Assembly: GCF_009914755.1 (NCBI RefSeq)
Contig: NC_060927.1
Direction: 5' to 3' (one strand)
From: the human T2T-CHM13v2.0 reference genome, Homo sapiens
Length of the DNA stretch: 64,000 bases
Shown: positions 61,396 through 64,000 of the stretch, in pieces
Layout: every line of letters begins with the position of its first letter
How positions within the stretch are numbered: the first letter of the stretch is position 1
Notes under the pieces: model-generated
The model's input: the letters and a program-made list of their open reading frames with translations, nothing else
Told to the model about the DNA's origin: nothing
Databases searched by the model: none
Program-made: the position numbers and the translations under genes

Positions 61396-63589
61396 CATAG
61401 TTCAAGCATTGTTGAGTGGTATGAGTTCTTAAGGATTTACTTTGGATCTGGGCATTGATATAATTAGGAAGGTCAATTTAGCAGCAATGGGAATTAGATA
61501 AGCAAGTGTTTGACATTCTTGTGGGCTCTCTAAAGTCTTAGATCACTCCAGCCTTGTATGCTAACTTTGGAGACTGATAAAGGCTATTGGTGCCTAAAAG
61601 GCTGTGAAATGTATTTTTTAAAAAGCTGTGAAATATTTTAAGTGTACATCACATAATTTAGATTGTAAATTTGATACATCTGCACTATGAAAGTGTCAGA
61701 AACGCTAGTGCAAACTTTAATTATGAATAAAAAGACAAATCCAGAAAAAGAAGTGTGCATTTGTCACTCTTAAAAAAGAGTTGGGTGGGGAAAGGATCCA
61801 ACTGATTTAACCTAATAGGGAAAGAAGAGACAAGTCCTACTCTCCCTGACTCTTGTATTTTGTTGTGGCATTTTAAGAAGGATCCAATTGTATGGATCCA
61901 ATTAAAAGCAACCAGTGGTTGTGAAAAGGCTTGAAACTACATCTTGTGAACAATGGTTGAAAGTACTTTGAATATGGTTTCTTAAAATGAGTATCTGTAG
62001 CAGGGGTAGTTAGAAGGATATGCACGGGAGAGGGAGTGGGAAAGGGTGATAAGCTGTACTGATAAGTGCTTAAATGAATGTCACATACAAGAAGAAAAGA
62101 GCAAGAAACAAAGACAAAATAACTACTCATAGAAGAGAGTGCAAGTTGGCTGAATACAAGGAAAATGGCTTATAAAAATGCAATGGAAAAAGATGTCTTG
62201 TGAGGCAATTTTCCACTACAGAGGATGGGGACAATTCATGATGCCTAAGGCTCCTCTCAACACGAGAATTGATTTTATTGGTCTCAAATATTGAACAGAG
62301 AGGCAGTGTGGAGGTTGAACAGTTCACTGGCCTTGATGTTACAGGCAGGCCCTGTGTCTTAATCTTGGCTCAACCTTTAGGAGTTAGGTCACCTTTAGCA
62401 AGTCTCCTGGACTCTCTGGGTCTGCTGCTTCTCTAAAATCGAAATAATATACCCCACATTTACTTTTGGGATTACTGGAAGGCTTTGTAACCACATAAAC
62501 ACGTTTCTGTTTCCATGGGATAAGCCAATAAGGCCCCTTAACACAGCCCTCCTGTTTCTTTTTCCTCCTCCTCCCTTCCTACTCTATTTCGGGTTCTGTC
62601 TTCCCACACCCAGCTATTCCTAGTACCTTCCCTTACATGCACCTTATCTTACTGCTGCATTACAGAAAAGTCTAAGGATAAACACAAATAGTCTTTTTCC
62701 GCCCTAAGGTAGGGCAAAGGGTTAATAGAATCAAGAGGTAAAGTCTGTAAAAACCATTTTTCCACATTTTTTCATCCTGCAATCGCTGTCTATAAAATGA
62801 GCCAACTTGCTGAAGGGGACGCCAAGAAATCACAATTTCAGGACTGCCATGAAGAATGAGTATTCAACTCCTTATCAGAGACCTTTAACCCTTATACAAT
62901 AATGTATCCATGCAGGTCACCCTACACTGCCTCTACTCTGAAGTCTGCAGCAGAATCACTATTTTTTTTTTAATCACTAATTTTTAAACTGTGGTCTTTA
63001 CGGCTCAGATCTGGGAGTGGACATTGACCTTTCTTATTTAAACCATTGCCCACAGATAACACATAATTTCTAGCCGAATCCTTTAGTCCCAATATCCCCT
63101 CTTTTCACTGCCCTGACTTCCCTCTCAGGTGAGGTTCAGGAAGATGGTTATCTAGAGGGCACAGGTTCTGGGTTCAAATTACTTGGGTGCAAACATGAAA
63201 TCCACTACTCTGAGGCTGGGCCTCAACTTATCTGCAAAACGAGGATGATTCGTATCTCAGAGAGTTGAAGATTAAGCAGCTTTAAGTAAACTTCTAAACA
63301 CTTGATCCGGACACAATAAATGGGGCTACCAGAACTATCTTTCCAGCATTCCCACCTGCAAATGCCTTAGGCGTCTCTGAGAATTTGGTCTCTGAGACCT
63401 TCCAGAGCATCCATAACTTAAACCCTGCTCTGCTGTCGTTCAGGACGTCTCAATAGTAAATGAACCTGCTGGCTCCCAATCCAGCCAAACCAGGAGATAG
63501 GCTGAGGCTTCAGACTGCCTCGCAGATGCTCCATGGCACTTGACGGCAAGAGCTAAAAAGAGGTGATTTAAAACAAGATTTCCTCGGAC

Positions 63590-64000
63590 TTAAAGCTTAA
63601 GTACCGGGTTGCGACCCTACTCTCCGCAGGACATAAGCGGAGGGGCGCGGCCCTAAGGCACACGCCGGAGGGGCGTGGTCATGGGCACCCGCCGGAGGGG
63701 CGTGGTCATGGGCACCCGCGCGCGCCCAGGGGCGTGTCCTTTTCAGCACCCACCGAGGCGCCAGCCCCCTGACGCGCTGCGTGGAATCCAAATCCCACGG
63801 CCGGTGTCGTTACTCTGCGCATGTGTAGCTGCTGGGGGCTGGCCGGAGGAAAGCAGAATTTCAGGGAAAGAACGATCGGGACGGGGAGGACGGGGAGGGC
63901 GGGGCAGAAGACGGAAGAGTTGAAATCAGCTGACTGGGTCTCGTGACAGCCTGGGCGGTGGCGACGCAGGCGTATTAGAGCGCGCTCGCTCAAAGCCTGA
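63590..64000 (+). promoter_or_regulatory. DNAJC13: CpG-island promoter and 5' end, probably of DNAJC13
   Basis: Abrupt rise in GC and CpG content, multiple GC boxes, NRF1-like tgcgcatgtg, ETS core cggaag. Gene identity and strand rest only on known gene order after ACP3; no coding sequence is in the window. Confidence 0.7.
63663..63719. repeat. Perfect 27-bp tandem duplication in the promoter
   Basis: cgccggaggggcgtggtcatgggcacc at 63663-63689 and 63690-63716. Confidence 0.97.

Noticed and set aside
63597-63993. ORFs in the terminal CpG island
   Set aside because: Expected in GC-rich DNA; repeated peptides come from the 27-bp duplication.

Overview
Primate (human or very close relative) genomic DNA, recognisable as the 3' end of ACP3/ACPP (prostatic acid phosphatase) through to a CpG-island promoter that, from known 3q22.1 gene order, should belong to DNAJC13. 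ACP3 shows both known C-termini: the secreted form stops at 3383, and the transmembrane form splices from an internal donor at 3360/3361 to a distal exon at 14178 ending in YGNI*. The ~49 kb between the genes is mostly retroelements: a full-length dead L1PA2/3-type L1, a three-level L1>MER52>LTR9-like nest, a solo LTR12, about 20 Alus, a ~6.3 kb G2E3 processed pseudogene inside a THE1-type LTR, and a NIP7 processed pseudogene. I found no convincing new multi-gene system. The best leads are a 101-nt extra segment in the G2E3 retrocopy that looks like a captured stop-and-restart cassette exon, a hairpin covering the ACP3 isoform-switch donor, cryptic ACP3 acceptors, and a 17-bp inverted repeat fused to a 155-bp tandem duplication. 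Repeat subfamily names and comparisons with parent genes come from memory of consensus sequences and need confirming by alignment.
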